Positions 1-10,188 of a stretch of 64,000 nucleotides of DNA are shown here, in pieces. The DNA is taken from IMG/VR virus record IMGVR_UViG_3300013297_000004, positions 992 to 64,991 of that record; one strand, 5' to 3'. A program made the position numbers and the translations under genes. Numbering within the stretch: position 1 is the first letter of the stretch; every line of letters begins with the position of its first letter. The notes beneath the pieces were generated by a model that ran no database searches, was not told where the DNA came from, and worked only from the letters and a program-made list of their open reading frames with translations. The DNA is from a virus. Lineage: Duplodnaviria > Caudoviricetes.

Positions 1-3000
1 GAGTTCGTGACCGAACTGTACTCGGACGGCGGCAAGTTGGCGGAGGCCCTGCAGTCGATCAAGACGAGCGAAGCCGAACGCGCCCAATTCCAGACCGCCC
101 GCGCCGAAGGGCTGCTGGCGCGCACCCTGCACACGATCAAGCGCGGGCTGACCAACCTGTTTTTCTCGGTCAGCAAGAAGCGCCTGCTGAACGACGCCAC
201 GATCAACTCGCTGGAGCTGTTCGACAGCATCCGCAAGCAGGGTCGGGTGCGGCCCCGCAGCGAGGACATCGCCCGGCCGATCACCGCCGAAGCGGCGCGC
301 GACTGGGCGGTCGAGAAGGGCAAGGACGCGTCGGATCGGTTCAGGGAGCTGAAGACCTATCTCGGCAGCGGCAACCTGATGATGCAGTTCCGCGACATGT
401 CCAGCATGGAGCATATCGGCAGCGAGGGCATGCGCCCGCACACCAAGGCGCTCAGCCAGATCGCCGACCGGATCAACGCCACGGCGCGCAAGCACGAGCA
501 TAACCCCGAGGTCGAGCGGATCGGCAACCGGCTGGCCGACCTCGAACGGGTCAACAAGCGGGCCTACGACGAGCTGATGAACTATCAAGCCGACGCGACC
601 CACTGGCAGGTGCACGGCGGCGATCCGCTGTTCGAGGGCCGCAACAAGCACATCAGCCGGGACAGCGTGCAGCACGGCCCGCAGCGCGACATTCACGCCG
701 AGCTGAGGGGGAAGTGGGACGCCATGACCCCGCTGCAGAAGGGGCTGTGGGAGGACATGCAGGGGTCCTACCGGCAGAAGCACGACGCCGTTCTGCACGA
801 GACGGTCGGCATGGTGGTCGACGCCAAGAAGCTGATCCCCGATGGCGCGCCCGGTGGCATCCGGTCGAGGCTGGTGCGCTACATCCTCGACGGCGAGGAG
901 GGCTTGAGCGACCGCGAGAAGCGGGCTCTCACGAGCTATGTCCCGGGCTACAACCCCGCCGACACCGCGCTGCACGCCGCCTTCAAGGCCGACATCGCCA
1001 AGCTGCGGGCGATGCCTGCGTTCAAGCGCCTGCCGATCTTTAGCCCGGCGATCCGCGAGGGCAACTATGTCGTCGAGGCGCGCTACGACATGAGCGGACA
1101 CGCTCAGGGCGGCACCCAGCTGGCCCGCGAAGACGGCAAGCCGAGCGGCCACTTCGAGTTCCCCACGGCGGCGGCGCGCGACACCTTCATGCGCAGCGTG
1201 CACAACGACCCGAAGTTCAAGGGCGTGCGGCTGATGGATGCCAGCGACGTGGTCTATGCCAAGGACGCCAACGGCCAGATCATGCGCGACGCCAACGGCA
1301 AGGCAGTGCCGCTCACCGAGTACCGCGAGACGACGCGCAGGCGGGGCGACGAGATGGAGCCCGGCTACACCGAGACGACGACCGGGGCGGCGCACCGGGT
1401 GCGGCCCGCCGATGCAGGCAACGAGGGCGTCGTGCGCTATCAGGCGCGCTACAACCCCCTGCTGCTGGAGTTCCACGAACGCCAGCTCGACGCCCAGAAC
1501 CGCCACATGGAGCTGCAGCAGGAGGCGGCGCAAGGGCACCTGAAGCTGAGCGACGTGCAGCCGATCCGCGACTTCCGCAACAACTACGTCGACCCGGTGC
1601 GCATGGATCAAATCCATCGCGAGCTGCAGGACAGCGTGACCAACTCGCGCGGTTGGCGGGAGATGGACACCACGACCCGGGCGATGGTGCTGAAGGACCT
1701 GCAGGAAGCAGCGGTGCGCACCATGGCCTCGACGTCGGCGCGCTCGATGCTGCCGCGCCACTTCGCCTTGGGTGCCCGCAAGAGCATGCTGCGCGACTTC
1801 ATGGAGTACCACCGCCGGGCGGCGCACACCCTGTCGGGGCTGCAGCACCGCACCGAACTCGGCGCTGCCATGAAGGCGATGGACCAGTACGTCAATAGCA
1901 CCCAGCACTGGGGCTCGCCGCAGGACCCGCAGGGCAAGTTCGGCATCGTCGATGCCCGGGTCGCCAAGAGCATGCGCGAGCGCCTGATGCGGCCTCCCAA
2001 CGAGATGACGGAGCCGTTCTGGACCAAGGCGATGACGACAGTGCTGCGGGTCAGCTACCTCGACAAGCTGATGTCGCCCGCGTTCACCGTGCTGCAGGCC
2101 ATCGAGCCGTGGATCGTGATGGCCCCGGCACTGGCAGGGCAGTACGGCTTCAAGGCGTACCCGGCGATCTGGCGGGCGATGCGCGACCTCAAGGCAGCGC
2201 GGACGATGGGTGTCGGCTTCCGCGACGCGGGCGGCACGTTCAAGCGCATGTTCACCGAGGGGCCGAACACCTTCCTGAAGCAGACCGACCTGATCAGCCG
2301 CCTCAAGGACAACATCCGCAACGACCCCGAGGCGCTGGCGCACATCGAGCATATGGAGAACCACAGCCAGCTCGACCGCAACGCCGGGATGGAGCTGCAT
2401 CAGATACTCGACCCGAACTCCACCGTGTTCGGCTCGCAGTTCCTCGGTCGCACGCTCGACTGGGCCGACCACATGACGCGGCAGGTCAACAGCCAAGTCG
2501 AGGGGGTCAACCGGGCGGCGTTCGGGTTGGCAGCGTTCCGGCTGGCGCGCGACGGCGGCAAGAGCATGACCGAGGCGCACGAGTACTCCCGTGCGCTGGT
2601 CCACGAGATGGCAGGCAACTACAACGCCTACGCCTCGGCTCCGATCTTCAACAACCCCTACCTGCGCCCGGCCATGCAGTTCAAGCGGTATGCCGGGCGC
2701 ATGACCTACCAGTGGGCGCGGACGTTCTACAAAGCCGGGCTCTCCATGGCGGGTAAGCTGCCGCCCGAGCAGCGCGCCGCCGCGTACCGGCAGCTGGCGT
2801 TCATGATGGGCACGACGATCTTCACGTCGGGCATCCTCGGGTTGCCGACCGAACCGATCAAGGCGCTGCTCAACATCACCGCGCCGATCACCGGCTTCGA
2901 CAGCCAAGACGCCGAGCGCATGACCTACGAAGCGTCGATGAAGCTGCTCGGGCCGGAGCTGGGCGAGTTCTTGGCCAAGGGCGGGTTCCGCTCGATGGGT

Positions 3001-3708
3001 CTGGGACTGGGCGAGCGCACCGGCTACAGCAGCCTGTGGACCTCGCCCGGCCAGCTCGGCAACAAGCCGAGCGACTGGTATCAGGCGTTCGGCCACTTCG
3101 TTGCGGGGGCCCCCGGCTCGTATGCCGCCGACGCCGCACAGGGCCTGATCTCCGCTGGCAACGGCTTGGGGCATCTGGTCAAGGGCCATAACACCGAGGC
3201 GTCCAACCAGTTCGGCAACGCCTTCGAGAAGCTGTTCCCGTCCAAGGTGGTCGCCGACATCACCATCGCGGCGCGGCGCGCCATGGGTGGGCCGATGTAC
3301 CGGGGCCAGAGCGGCATCCCGCAGGGTGTGCAGCCGACCGCCGCCGAGACGATCATGCAGGGCTTCGGCATCCAGCCCGCGCGGATGCAGCGGGTCGGCG
3401 AGCAGCGGCAGGCGATGAAGGACGACATGCGCAACATCGCCAACGACCGCAAGGAAGCCGAGCGCATCTACGCTCAAGCCAGCCCGCGCGAGCGCACGTC
3501 GATCCAGCGGCAGCTGATCGAGAACTTCAACGACAAGTACCCGACGAAGCAGTTCCCCGAGATCAAGCCGCTCACCATCGCCGACCTGTTCAAGGCGCAG
3601 CGCCGCGAGGAGGCCCGGTCGAGCGGCGATCCGTCGATGCTTGGTGTTACGATGTCCCGCCGTCAGCAGGCGATGCTGCCGAGGTACAGGATGTACAACA
3701 CGCAATAG
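1..3708 (+). CDS. C-terminal part of giant internal virion/ejection (large polyvalent-type) protein, 5' truncated by window
   Basis: Frame open from base 1 (EFVTELYSD..., resembling the EFVAE motif that follows HExxH in polyvalent-protein metallopeptidase domains). Helical C-terminus with NYNAYASAPIFNNPYLRPAMQFKRY resembles PLxRFG/LPD38-type giant phage proteins. Confidence 0.7.
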   Translation, partial: EFVTELYSDGGKLAEALQSIKTSEAERAQFQTARAEGLLARTLHTIKRGLTNLFFSVSKKRLLNDATINSLELFDSIRKQGRVRPRSEDIARPITAEAARDWAVEKGKDASDRFRELKTYLGSGNLMMQFRDMSSMEHIGSEGMRPHTKALSQIADRINATARKHEHNPEVERIGNRLADLERVNKRAYDELMNYQADATHWQVHGGDPLFEGRNKHISRDSVQHGPQRDIHAELRGKWDAMTPLQKGLWEDMQGSYRQKHDAVLHETVGMVVDAKKLIPDGAPGGIRSRLVRYILDGEEGLSDREKRALTSYVPGYNPADTALHAAFKADIAKLRAMPAFKRLPIFSPAIREGNYVVEARYDMSGHAQGGTQLAREDGKPSGHFEFPTAAARDTFMRSVHNDPKFKGVRLMDASDVVYAKDANGQIMRDANGKAVPLTEYRETTRRRGDEMEPGYTETTTGAAHRVRPADAGNEGVVRYQARYNPLLLEFHERQLDAQNRHMELQQEAAQGHLKLSDVQPIRDFRNNYVDPVRMDQIHRELQDSVTNSRGWREMDTTTRAMVLKDLQEAAVRTMASTSARSMLPRHFALGARKSMLRDFMEYHRRAAHTLSGLQHRTELGAAMKAMDQYVNSTQHWGSPQDPQGKFGIVDARVAKSMRERLMRPPNEMTEPFWTKAMTTVLRVSYLDKLMSPAFTVLQAIEPWIVMAPALAGQYGFKAYPAIWRAMRDLKAARTMGVGFRDAGGTFKRMFTEGPNTFLKQTDLISRLKDNIRNDPEALAHIEHMENHSQLDRNAGMELHQILDPNSTVFGSQFLGRTLDWADHMTRQVNSQVEGVNRAAFGLAAFRLARDGGKSMTEAHEYSRALVHEMAGNYNAYASAPIFNNPYLRPAMQFKRYAGRMTYQWARTFYKAGLSMAGKLPPEQRAAAYRQLAFMMGTTIFTSGILGLPTEPIKALLNITAPITGFDSQDAERMTYEASMKLLGPELGEFLAKGGFRSMGLGLGERTGYSSLWTSPGQLGNKPSDWYQAFGHFVAGAPGSYAADAAQGLISAGNGLGHLVKGHNTEASNQFGNAFEKLFPSKVVADITIAARRAMGGPMYRGQSGIPQGVQPTAAETIMQGFGIQPARMQRVGEQRQAMKDDMRNIANDRKEAERIYAQASPRERTSIQRQLIENFNDKYPTKQFPEIKPLTIADLFKAQRREEARSSGDPSMLGVTMSRRQQAMLPRYRMYNTQ

Positions 3709-3717
3709 GAGGTCATC

Positions 3718-3891
3718 ATGGCGAAAGGCAAACCCCCACCGTTCATGCGCAAGGGCGCAGCTGCCGCCCCTAAGGGCCCGCCGCGTCGGCCGCCGCCGAT
3801 GGCTGGTCCGCCGATGGCAGGTCCACCTGCAGGCGCACCACCGCCGCAGGGCATGCCGTTCAAGCGCGGCGGCAAAGTCGGGAGGAAGTGA
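3718..3891 (+). CDS. small Pro/Gly/Lys-rich protein (57 aa) ending in FKRGGKV motif
   Basis: Not in ORF track. AGGAGG SD before ATG 3718; MAKGKPPPFMRKG...PFKRGGKVGRK*; stop overlaps next ATG (TGATG). Confidence 0.7.
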   Translation: MAKGKPPPFMRKGAAAAPKGPPRRPPPMAGPPMAGPPAGAPPPQGMPFKRGGKVGRK

Positions 3892-4094
3892 TGGTCGCTC
3901 AGAAGTACGGCAACGCCGACAAGGACCTCGCCAGCCGGGTCGGCCGCAAGGGCAAGACCAAGGAGATCGGCGACAAGCCGCTGCGGGGGCCGGGCACCGA
4001 CGTGAAGGTGAGCGCGATGGTCGGCGGCGTGGGCAACATCGCCGCCACCCGGATCACCAAGAAGATGATGTCGGGCCGCAAGACCGCGTCGTGA
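3891..4094 (+). CDS. small basic hypothetical protein
   Basis: Translationally coupled ORF (TGATG overlaps at both ends), GGAGG upstream. Confidence 0.6.
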   Translation: MVAQKYGNADKDLASRVGRKGKTKEIGDKPLRGPGTDVKVSAMVGGVGNIAATRITKKMMSGRKTAS

Positions 4095-4285
4095 TGCGTT
4101 ACGCCCGGGGCGTAAGTCTCGCCCTGTGCCTTGCCGGGTGTGGTCCCCCTGAGATCGTGGCGATCTCGCCGACGCTGAAGTGCGAACAGGTGGTCAAGTG
4201 CCACATCTTCACATGGCAGCTTGGCCCCAAGAGTGTACTCGCGTTGTCAGGTACGCACGTCGTTTGCAAATGCGAAGGAGATTAA
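4094..4285 (+). CDS. predicted lipoprotein (possible o-spanin-like)
   Basis: MRYARGVSLALCLAGCGPPE...: short signal peptide with lipobox LAG-C; ATG overlaps previous stop. Confidence 0.55.
   Translation: MRYARGVSLALCLAGCGPPEIVAISPTLKCEQVVKCHIFTWQLGPKSVLALSGTHVVCKCEGD
4099..4115. repeat. 17-bp palindrome copy (perfect), start of lipoprotein CDS
   Basis: TTACGCCCGGGGCGTAA. Confidence 0.95.
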
Positions 4286-4286
4286 C

Positions 4287-4463
4287 ATGCTCGGCTTGGT
4301 CCTCGTCATTATACTCGTCCTCCTGCTGATCGGCGCGCTGCCGCACTGGCCGTACACGCAGTCCTACGGCTATGGCTACTGGCCGTCCGGCGTCTTCTTC
4401 ATCATCCTGCTGGTCCTCGTCGTCCTGATGCTAACGGGGCGGCTCGGCACGCTCACGCTCTAG
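4287..4463 (+). CDS. DUF3309-family small membrane protein
   Basis: MLGLVLVIILVLLLIGALPHWPYTQSYGYGYWPSG...LMLTGRL matches the DUF3309 pattern (LIGALPxWPYSxxWGYxPSG); AAGGAG SD. Confidence 0.8.
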   Translation: MLGLVLVIILVLLLIGALPHWPYTQSYGYGYWPSGVFFIILLVLVVLMLTGRLGTLTL

Positions 4464-4472
4464 GAGGTCGCC

Positions 4473-4670
4473 ATGCCCAGCAAGAGTGCCAGCCAGCAGC
4501 GCCTGATGCGTGCCGCTGCTCACACGCCGGGCGGCTATGGCGGGGTTAGCCAGAAGGTCGGCCGCGACTTCGTCAACGCCGACAAGAAGGTCGGCACAAA
4601 GTTTGCCAAGGGCGGTAAGATCAACGCCTACTGCGCAGGCGGCAAGGTGGTCAGCACGCGGAGGATGTGA
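4473..4670 (+). CDS. conserved small phage protein (MPSKSxxQxRLM type), two GG motifs
   Basis: AGGAGG SD; N-terminus typical of small late-region phage proteins; FAKGGKI and YCAGGKV. Confidence 0.7.
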   Translation: MPSKSASQQRLMRAAAHTPGGYGGVSQKVGRDFVNADKKVGTKFAKGGKINAYCAGGKVVSTRRM

Positions 4671-4912
4671 TGGCGAAGGAACGCAAGGTCCCCGACTTCA
4701 CGTCGGACCAGCTGCAGCAGGTCGATGCGATCAAGCGGCAGGTGCTGAGCGACAGCCCGGCCAAGGCCGCCGACGAGCCGAAGCCGACACCGCGCCCAAT
4801 GCTGCCGAACTTTTACTATCGGGGCGGCCGGGTCGACGTCAGCCCGAAGAACTACTTCGCCAAGGGCGGCGCGCAGCTGCCGCGCAAGGGCGTCGAGAGC
4901 AGGAAGCCATGA
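4670..4912 (+). CDS. small hypothetical protein with GG motifs
   Basis: Coupled ORF with GGAGG SD; YYRGGRV, FAKGGAQ. Confidence 0.6.
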   Translation: MAKERKVPDFTSDQLQQVDAIKRQVLSDSPAKAADEPKPTPRPMLPNFYYRGGRVDVSPKNYFAKGGAQLPRKGVESRKP

Positions 4913-5199
4913 GTACCTACCGGCCCTACGACCGCGAGTACGCCAAGCACGACAACGAGAAGCAGCGTGAGCGGATGAAGGCGCGCTATTGGGCGATCAA
5001 GAAGTACGGCGAGGCGGCGCTGGCGGGCAAGGACCTCGACCACATCCATCCGCTGGCGGCAGGTGGATCGAACGATCCCAGCAACTGGCGCATCCGTTCG
5101 ATCCACGACAACCGGGGTGACAAGTCAGTGCTGCACGACAAGGGCTACACCCCGACCCACATCAGGAAGGTCGGCGGGGTCTATCGGAAGGTGAACTAG
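4909..5199 (+). CDS. HNH endonuclease-like protein
   Basis: GKDLDHIHPLAAGGSNDPSNWRIRSIHDNRGDK = HNH signature; start at ATG 4909 overlapping the previous stop. Confidence 0.8.
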   Translation: MSTYRPYDREYAKHDNEKQRERMKARYWAIKKYGEAALAGKDLDHIHPLAAGGSNDPSNWRIRSIHDNRGDKSVLHDKGYTPTHIRKVGGVYRKVN

Positions 5200-5347
5200 C
5201 GTCGGCGTTCAGCAGGTCGACCAGCTTGTGGGCGAACACCATGTCGGTGACACGACATAGGACGCCGTCGTTCGACGTGACGATGTTGTACGACAGGGGC
5301 GGCCGGGCACTGCGCTCGGCTGGTTCTACTCGGTACGGTGTATCCAT
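5162..5347 (-). CDS. small hypothetical protein, last gene of leftward arm
   Basis: GAGGAGG SD directly after primase stop. Confidence 0.5.
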   Translation of the reverse strand: MDTPYRVEPAERSARPPLSYNIVTSNDGVLCRVTDMVFAHKLVDLLNADASSPSDRPRRPS

Positions 5348-5357
5348 CGCTTCCTCC

Positions 5358-8330
5358 TCAGTTGAAGTCGAAGAACCCCGGCAGCAGGCTCAGGTCTAGG
5401 TCGATCACGTCTTGCCGTATGCCTTTGATCTCGGTGTTGGAAGCCAGATCGGCCTTGATGAACTTGACGCCGGGGATGTGTTCCCTGATCGCGACCAGCA
5501 GTTCCGACTTCCCGAGGTCGCGCTCCTTCTTCGTCCATCCAGTCAGGGCGCTGAGCCCGATACGGACGAAGCCATCGACGGATGCTACCCGACCGACGAT
5601 GGACTTGTTGCGGACGTCGAACACGTTGTGATGGCCGATGTTCCAGCCGGTTGGCGGGTGGCCCATGTTGCGCCAGACATGCTCGGACATAAGCATGCGA
5701 TCTCGATTGCCACCGATGAAGTCAGAGAGGAGGCGTTCGACGCCTTCACGGTTCGTGAGATTATTTGCCGAGTGCCTTCTACTGCCGCGCTGTTCCTGCA
5801 GCTGCTCAGTCATAAAGCCCGCCAACTGATCTATATTCATGGCCGTGTGATTGAGGTGGTTGGCGTACTTCGCACCACACAACGTGACCGCCATTTCAGC
5901 GATCCAGAAGCGGTCGTTGGTGGTTCCCTTTACGGCGTTATTCACGGCATCCTGCATCCGTGCCACGTTATCTCGCACGAGGTCGATGTTGGCTCCGAGG
6001 AACTTCGAGTACTCCAGTCCAGCATGGCCGCAGTTGCTTTGGAGCGAGCCGATAAGACGCTGGGCTACGGTATGCTCGATCATGCCGATCCCTTTGACGT
6101 TCTCGTAGGCGCGGACCTCCCATACCCGGTTGATGCCCGCGACCGTGCTGGGATCGTACTCGGCGAGATAGCCGTGTAGAGGGGAGTTACCAGCAGAGAT
6201 CAGCATCGTCTGCCATGTATAAATCGGCATGGCGTGCGACGACCGATTGAGCCGTTCCTTGGTCGCTCCCGCCTGCACCTGCATGATCAGGTCGACCAGC
6301 TTCTTGTCGTTGCCCTTCTTCAGCTCGTCGTAGATCAGGGGAACGTTGCGCAGCTGGCCCAGCTTGTTGTTCACGGCATTGGGCGTGTCGGCGATCTTGG
6401 ACAGCTTGGACGTGCTGCCCCACACTGCCTGAGCGACGTGCAGGGCAGTACTCTTGCCGGTGCCGCTATCGGGCGACCAAAGGTGCATCACGACGCCGTT
6501 GTATCCTGTCCACAGGAGCAGTGCCGCGCCATACGATGCTGCGACTACGGCGTTCAACTCTGGCCGCTGCTGGTCAGTGACCAACCGGGCAGCATCCTTC
6601 CAAACCTGCATGTCGCCGCGCGGCGTGTAGAGGTCGTCGATCTCCTTGTCGAGTGGCTGGATGTCGACAGGTGCCGAGCCGTTCCACCGCTTACGGCCAT
6701 AGCACCAGCCGTTCCAGTCGCCCGCAGCGTTCTGCGACCAGCCGAACGGTTTGCAGTCGATGATGTTCTTTTTGGCGTTAGCCAGCTGCTGCGTAAATGC
6801 GACCATGAAACCCTGCAATAATTTGGCCTGCTCGGCGTCAGTGTTAAGCCCTTGAAGGCCCAGTAGTTCGCGCATCCTATCCAGCCGCATGATCTCGCCG
6901 TAGGTGAGCTGGATCAACCGGACAGTGCCGGGCATGATCTCGCAGTGGAACCCGACACCAAACGCGCCGCCCTCTGCCGACTTCTCGATGGCGCGGAGAT
7001 TATAGATCGGTAGGTCGACAAGGTTCTTCGGTGTCGCGCCTGCTGCCGGGTCATTCGGGTTGCTGACCAGCTTGTAGATGCGCAAAGTCGGGGTCTGCCC
7101 GTAGCCGCTGGGCAGTTCCCGCTGCATGGGCACAATGGGCCCAGCAGGGACTGAAGGGGATGCAGCAATTGCGGCGGCAGCGGCAACTGCGACGACCACC
7201 TTGGGTAGGGCGAAGTTGAGCGGCGATCTGCCCTTCGGCAGGTGCGGGCAGACCCGGCACTCCTGCGCCCCGGCGTCGTGAATGGTGCGGCACTGCGGCC
7301 AGCCGATCCGCTGACTTGCGTGCGACCGCACGACCTCGTCGAACTTGGCGTCGGTCTCGCGTTCGCTGTAGGTCGCATGGCCGTCGCTCAGCTCGTGCGC
7401 GACCTCCTCGCCCTGCTGCAGGTAGTAGGCGACCTTCAAGGTCTCGAACCACAGCGGCTCGCCATACCCAGCGCCGTGGTTCAGCTTGGTTGCTTCAAGG
7501 AACCCGCAGCCGCCATTGATCACGTCCTCAAGGGTCGGCGTGTAGCCCTCGATGCCGTCATCGAGGCGGCCGGGCAGCGCCACTCCGGCGAACACCGCCG
7601 ATGGCTTGCCGAGGTTCAGGTGCTGCGGCGCGCTCGGAGTTACGCCCCGCGCGTAAGCTACCTTGTAGGGGGTGAGGATACCGTCGAGCAGCGCCAGCGG
7701 GTACTCGATCCCGTCGTCGTGCGCCAGCACCGCCATCCGGGGCGGCGACCATTTGTGGTTGAAGGTGCCGGGGATGCGCATCAGCGCCACCGGGTTGGTC
7801 GTCAGCTTGAGGTCGGCCTTGTAGCCCTCGCGGCGGCAGGCTTCGGCCAGAGCGAACGCCAGCGGCTCCCAGACCGTCTTCAGGATCGGCTCGTCCAGTA
7901 TCCAGTGGGCGTGGAAGCCCCCCGAGCCGGACAGGATCACCATGCTGGGTACCGGCAAGCCGACCTTACGCCGCCAGACCCCGAATTCGGTCAGAGCGTG
8001 GGTAGTGTCACGGTACTCGCCGTTCTTGATATCGACGTCGATCCAGATCGCCTTGTAGGCGACGGCATTGAGTTCAGCTCGGATCGCCCCCCGCCGCTCG
8101 CGGCCCGCCTTCGTCGTCGGCAGCTTGGTCTGCGACTGCAGGCTCATGCAGATGTACAGGTCCACCGGCTGACGCATCATGCCGTTGACGAACCCGACCG
8201 ACGTCTGGAACTGCTGGAAGGCCCGGCCGGGCATTACGCCCTTGAACGGCCAGTGAATATTGACGAAGCCCTGCAGCGTGGCCGATGGCCACGGCACCAC
8301 GCGAGCTAGAAACCTATCGACGTCCGACAT
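5358..8330 (-). CDS. DNA primase-helicase (RepB-like primase N-terminus, Cys-rich linker, DUF927 helicase)
   Basis: WIDVD, SGSGGFHAHW, LMRIPGTFNHK primase motifs; CxxI...CxxCPH; Walker A SPDSGTGKST, Walker B LIYDE, KERLNR of the DUF927/Cch family. Confidence 0.88.
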   Translation of the reverse strand: MSDVDRFLARVVPWPSATLQGFVNIHWPFKGVMPGRAFQQFQTSVGFVNGMMRQPVDLYICMSLQSQTKLPTTKAGRERRGAIRAELNAVAYKAIWIDVDIKNGEYRDTTHALTEFGVWRRKVGLPVPSMVILSGSGGFHAHWILDEPILKTVWEPLAFALAEACRREGYKADLKLTTNPVALMRIPGTFNHKWSPPRMAVLAHDDGIEYPLALLDGILTPYKVAYARGVTPSAPQHLNLGKPSAVFAGVALPGRLDDGIEGYTPTLEDVINGGCGFLEATKLNHGAGYGEPLWFETLKVAYYLQQGEEVAHELSDGHATYSERETDAKFDEVVRSHASQRIGWPQCRTIHDAGAQECRVCPHLPKGRSPLNFALPKVVVAVAAAAAIAASPSVPAGPIVPMQRELPSGYGQTPTLRIYKLVSNPNDPAAGATPKNLVDLPIYNLRAIEKSAEGGAFGVGFHCEIMPGTVRLIQLTYGEIMRLDRMRELLGLQGLNTDAEQAKLLQGFMVAFTQQLANAKKNIIDCKPFGWSQNAAGDWNGWCYGRKRWNGSAPVDIQPLDKEIDDLYTPRGDMQVWKDAARLVTDQQRPELNAVVAASYGAALLLWTGYNGVVMHLWSPDSGTGKSTALHVAQAVWGSTSKLSKIADTPNAVNNKLGQLRNVPLIYDELKKGNDKKLVDLIMQVQAGATKERLNRSSHAMPIYTWQTMLISAGNSPLHGYLAEYDPSTVAGINRVWEVRAYENVKGIGMIEHTVAQRLIGSLQSNCGHAGLEYSKFLGANIDLVRDNVARMQDAVNNAVKGTTNDRFWIAEMAVTLCGAKYANHLNHTAMNIDQLAGFMTEQLQEQRGSRRHSANNLTNREGVERLLSDFIGGNRDRMLMSEHVWRNMGHPPTGWNIGHHNVFDVRNKSIVGRVASVDGFVRIGLSALTGWTKKERDLGKSELLVAIREHIPGVKFIKADLASNTEIKGIRQDVIDLDLSLLPGFFDFN
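7640..7656. repeat. 17-bp palindrome copy inside primase-helicase
   Basis: TTACGCCCCGCGCGTAA. Confidence 0.9.
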
Positions 8331-8399
8331 GCCACTTCCCCCGGCGAACGGACTAGGCTGTCACGCTGCGCTTCTTGTGGCGCAGCGTGACAGGGCGGA

Positions 8400-9785
8400 T
8401 CACAGCAGGTTCTTGACCGTACTCATGATCGAGGCGACGGCCGCATCAGGGCCTGCTCCGTTCGTCGGCGGGGTGGGCAGAACCATGGTCGGCTGGGCCC
8501 CGGGCGGGGTCATCGGCATGGCCTGAGCTACTGCCTCAGGCGTCGGCGCTGGAGCGCCAGCGATCTGGCTGCTGTCCATGTTGGCCGGCTGGACCGGCGG
8601 GGTGCGCGGCCGTCCCCGGCCCCGCTTGACGGGCTCCTGACCGCCGAACTGCGCCATGAACGCCGCTGCCATCTCCGGGGTCATGCCCGGCGGCAGGGTG
8701 ACACCCGGCGGCAGGGCCGCCTGCGGCTGGGGCGGTGGCGGCTGCGGCTGGGGCTGCGGCACCGGCACAGGCTGCTGCACAGGCGGCGGGGGAGGCGGCT
8801 GTGGGGTCTGGGACGGCTCCGGCTGCGGCGGCGGGGTCTGGGTGGGCTGCGGCTGGGTCGCCGTTTCACGAGTGAACTGCGGCTTCTCAGTACCGGCCGT
8901 TACCGTCATGACGGTCTCGGCGACCGGGGTGCGCCGTAGGTGATCGGGCATCGGGTTGGCTTCCGCCTGCCCCTTCGGCTGGCCGTTTACGCCCGGGGCG
9001 TAACCCGTCGTCAGGGTGGTGTCGTCCCACGCCTCGGCGGTCCGCAGCTCGATGTTCAGGATGCGGTCGATCAGCGGATGGTTCATCATCTTGACCACCT
9101 GCTGGGCCTGCGCGTCGTTCAGCGCCGACATGGCGTCGAAGTTGAACAGCGGGTAGGCCGACTGCGCCTCGAAGGTGATCCGGGTCCAAACCTGAGCGTA
9201 GTGAAAGCCGTTGGCCTCCAGCGCGTTCTGGTAGGGGCCCAGCCGCTTGAGCGACGTCGGCGGCACGTTCAGCATCATCGGCCCGCCATAGTACTTGTTC
9301 TCGATGTCGCCGACCGGCACCACGGCCAGCCGCTTGCTGTCCATGCACGCCTTGCCACGCGTCGCTTCGCCGGTATCGCGGTTGACCTTGCTGCCCCAGA
9401 CGTTCCACTGGCAGCCGATGCAAGTTGCGCATTGCATCTTAGGGACGCCGACGTCGGGCTTGAGCCCGTTGGTCGACCAGCAGTCGGGCGGCGCGCTGTC
9501 ACCCTCGGAGAACAGGCCCTCGTACCACGCCTTCGACGGGTGCCCTGCCGACCGCAGGATGACCACGTCGAGGAAGGGCGACTGGATGATCGTGTTGTCC
9601 GGCATGCGGGCCTGCACCGGAGTGTACTGGCCCTGATACTTGATGCCCCACTTCGAGCCCTTGTAGCTGATCTTGGCGAAGCCTGCGCTGACGCCGTCGT
9701 CGAGCCGCTGGGTCGGCAGGTGGACGCCCTGAAAGGCGGTCGAGACCTGCCCGCCATGCTTAAAGATCGTCAGTTCACCAGTCAT
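8400..9785 (-). CDS. putative ssDNA-binding/annealing protein with Zn-finger and Pro/Gln-rich tail
   Basis: PDCWSTNG...QCATCIGCQWNVWGS...GKACMDSKRLAV is a conserved phage replication-module family; tail is low-complexity with AT-hook KRGRGRPR. Confidence 0.65.
   Translation of the reverse strand: MTGELTIFKHGGQVSTAFQGVHLPTQRLDDGVSAGFAKISYKGSKWGIKYQGQYTPVQARMPDNTIIQSPFLDVVILRSAGHPSKAWYEGLFSEGDSAPPDCWSTNGLKPDVGVPKMQCATCIGCQWNVWGSKVNRDTGEATRGKACMDSKRLAVVPVGDIENKYYGGPMMLNVPPTSLKRLGPYQNALEANGFHYAQVWTRITFEAQSAYPLFNFDAMSALNDAQAQQVVKMMNHPLIDRILNIELRTAEAWDDTTLTTGYAPGVNGQPKGQAEANPMPDHLRRTPVAETVMTVTAGTEKPQFTRETATQPQPTQTPPPQPEPSQTPQPPPPPPVQQPVPVPQPQPQPPPPQPQAALPPGVTLPPGMTPEMAAAFMAQFGGQEPVKRGRGRPRTPPVQPANMDSSQIAGAPAPTPEAVAQAMPMTPPGAQPTMVLPTPPTNGAGPDAAVASIMSTVKNLL
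8987..9003. repeat. 17-bp palindrome copy (perfect) inside SSB-like gene
   Basis: TTACGCCCGGGGCGTAA. Confidence 0.95.
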
Positions 9786-9795
9786 CGGTGTCTCC

Positions 9796-10188
9796 TCACT
9801 TGCGGTTTACTTGGACGGCGTCGTAGGTGCGAAAGTTGACGCCCGGGGGCACCTGACCGTCGTGTTCTTTTGCGAAGTCCTCGACGGTCTCGGGTTTAGC
9901 ACGAAAGTCTACTAAGTCAAAGTTCTGATTTGAAATAACGAACTCACGAAACACTTGCGCATCACCAACGGTCGCGCTGCGCTTGCGGCTAATGAAGGCT
10001 ACGCCTGCATCACACGAAAGACTAGACAAACGTTGGGTTTGCAGCAGACCCTTCAAGTAGTTCTCGATGCGCTCCATCGCCTCGTCGTACTCCTTCACCA
10101 CTTCCTTCTGCTGCTTCTTGATCGCGTCACGCTTATCGCGCAAGGCGATGTAGCTGGTGATCATCTCGTTCAGGGTGTTGTCGGTCAT
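9796..10188 (-). CDS. conserved phage replication-module coiled-coil protein
   Basis: MTDNTLNEMITSYIALRD...VPPGVN...VQVNRK; typical neighbour of the SSB-like gene; start re-assigned to ATG 10188. Confidence 0.7.
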   Translation of the reverse strand: MTDNTLNEMITSYIALRDKRDAIKKQQKEVVKEYDEAMERIENYLKGLLQTQRLSSLSCDAGVAFISRKRSATVGDAQVFREFVISNQNFDLVDFRAKPETVEDFAKEHDGQVPPGVNFRTYDAVQVNRK

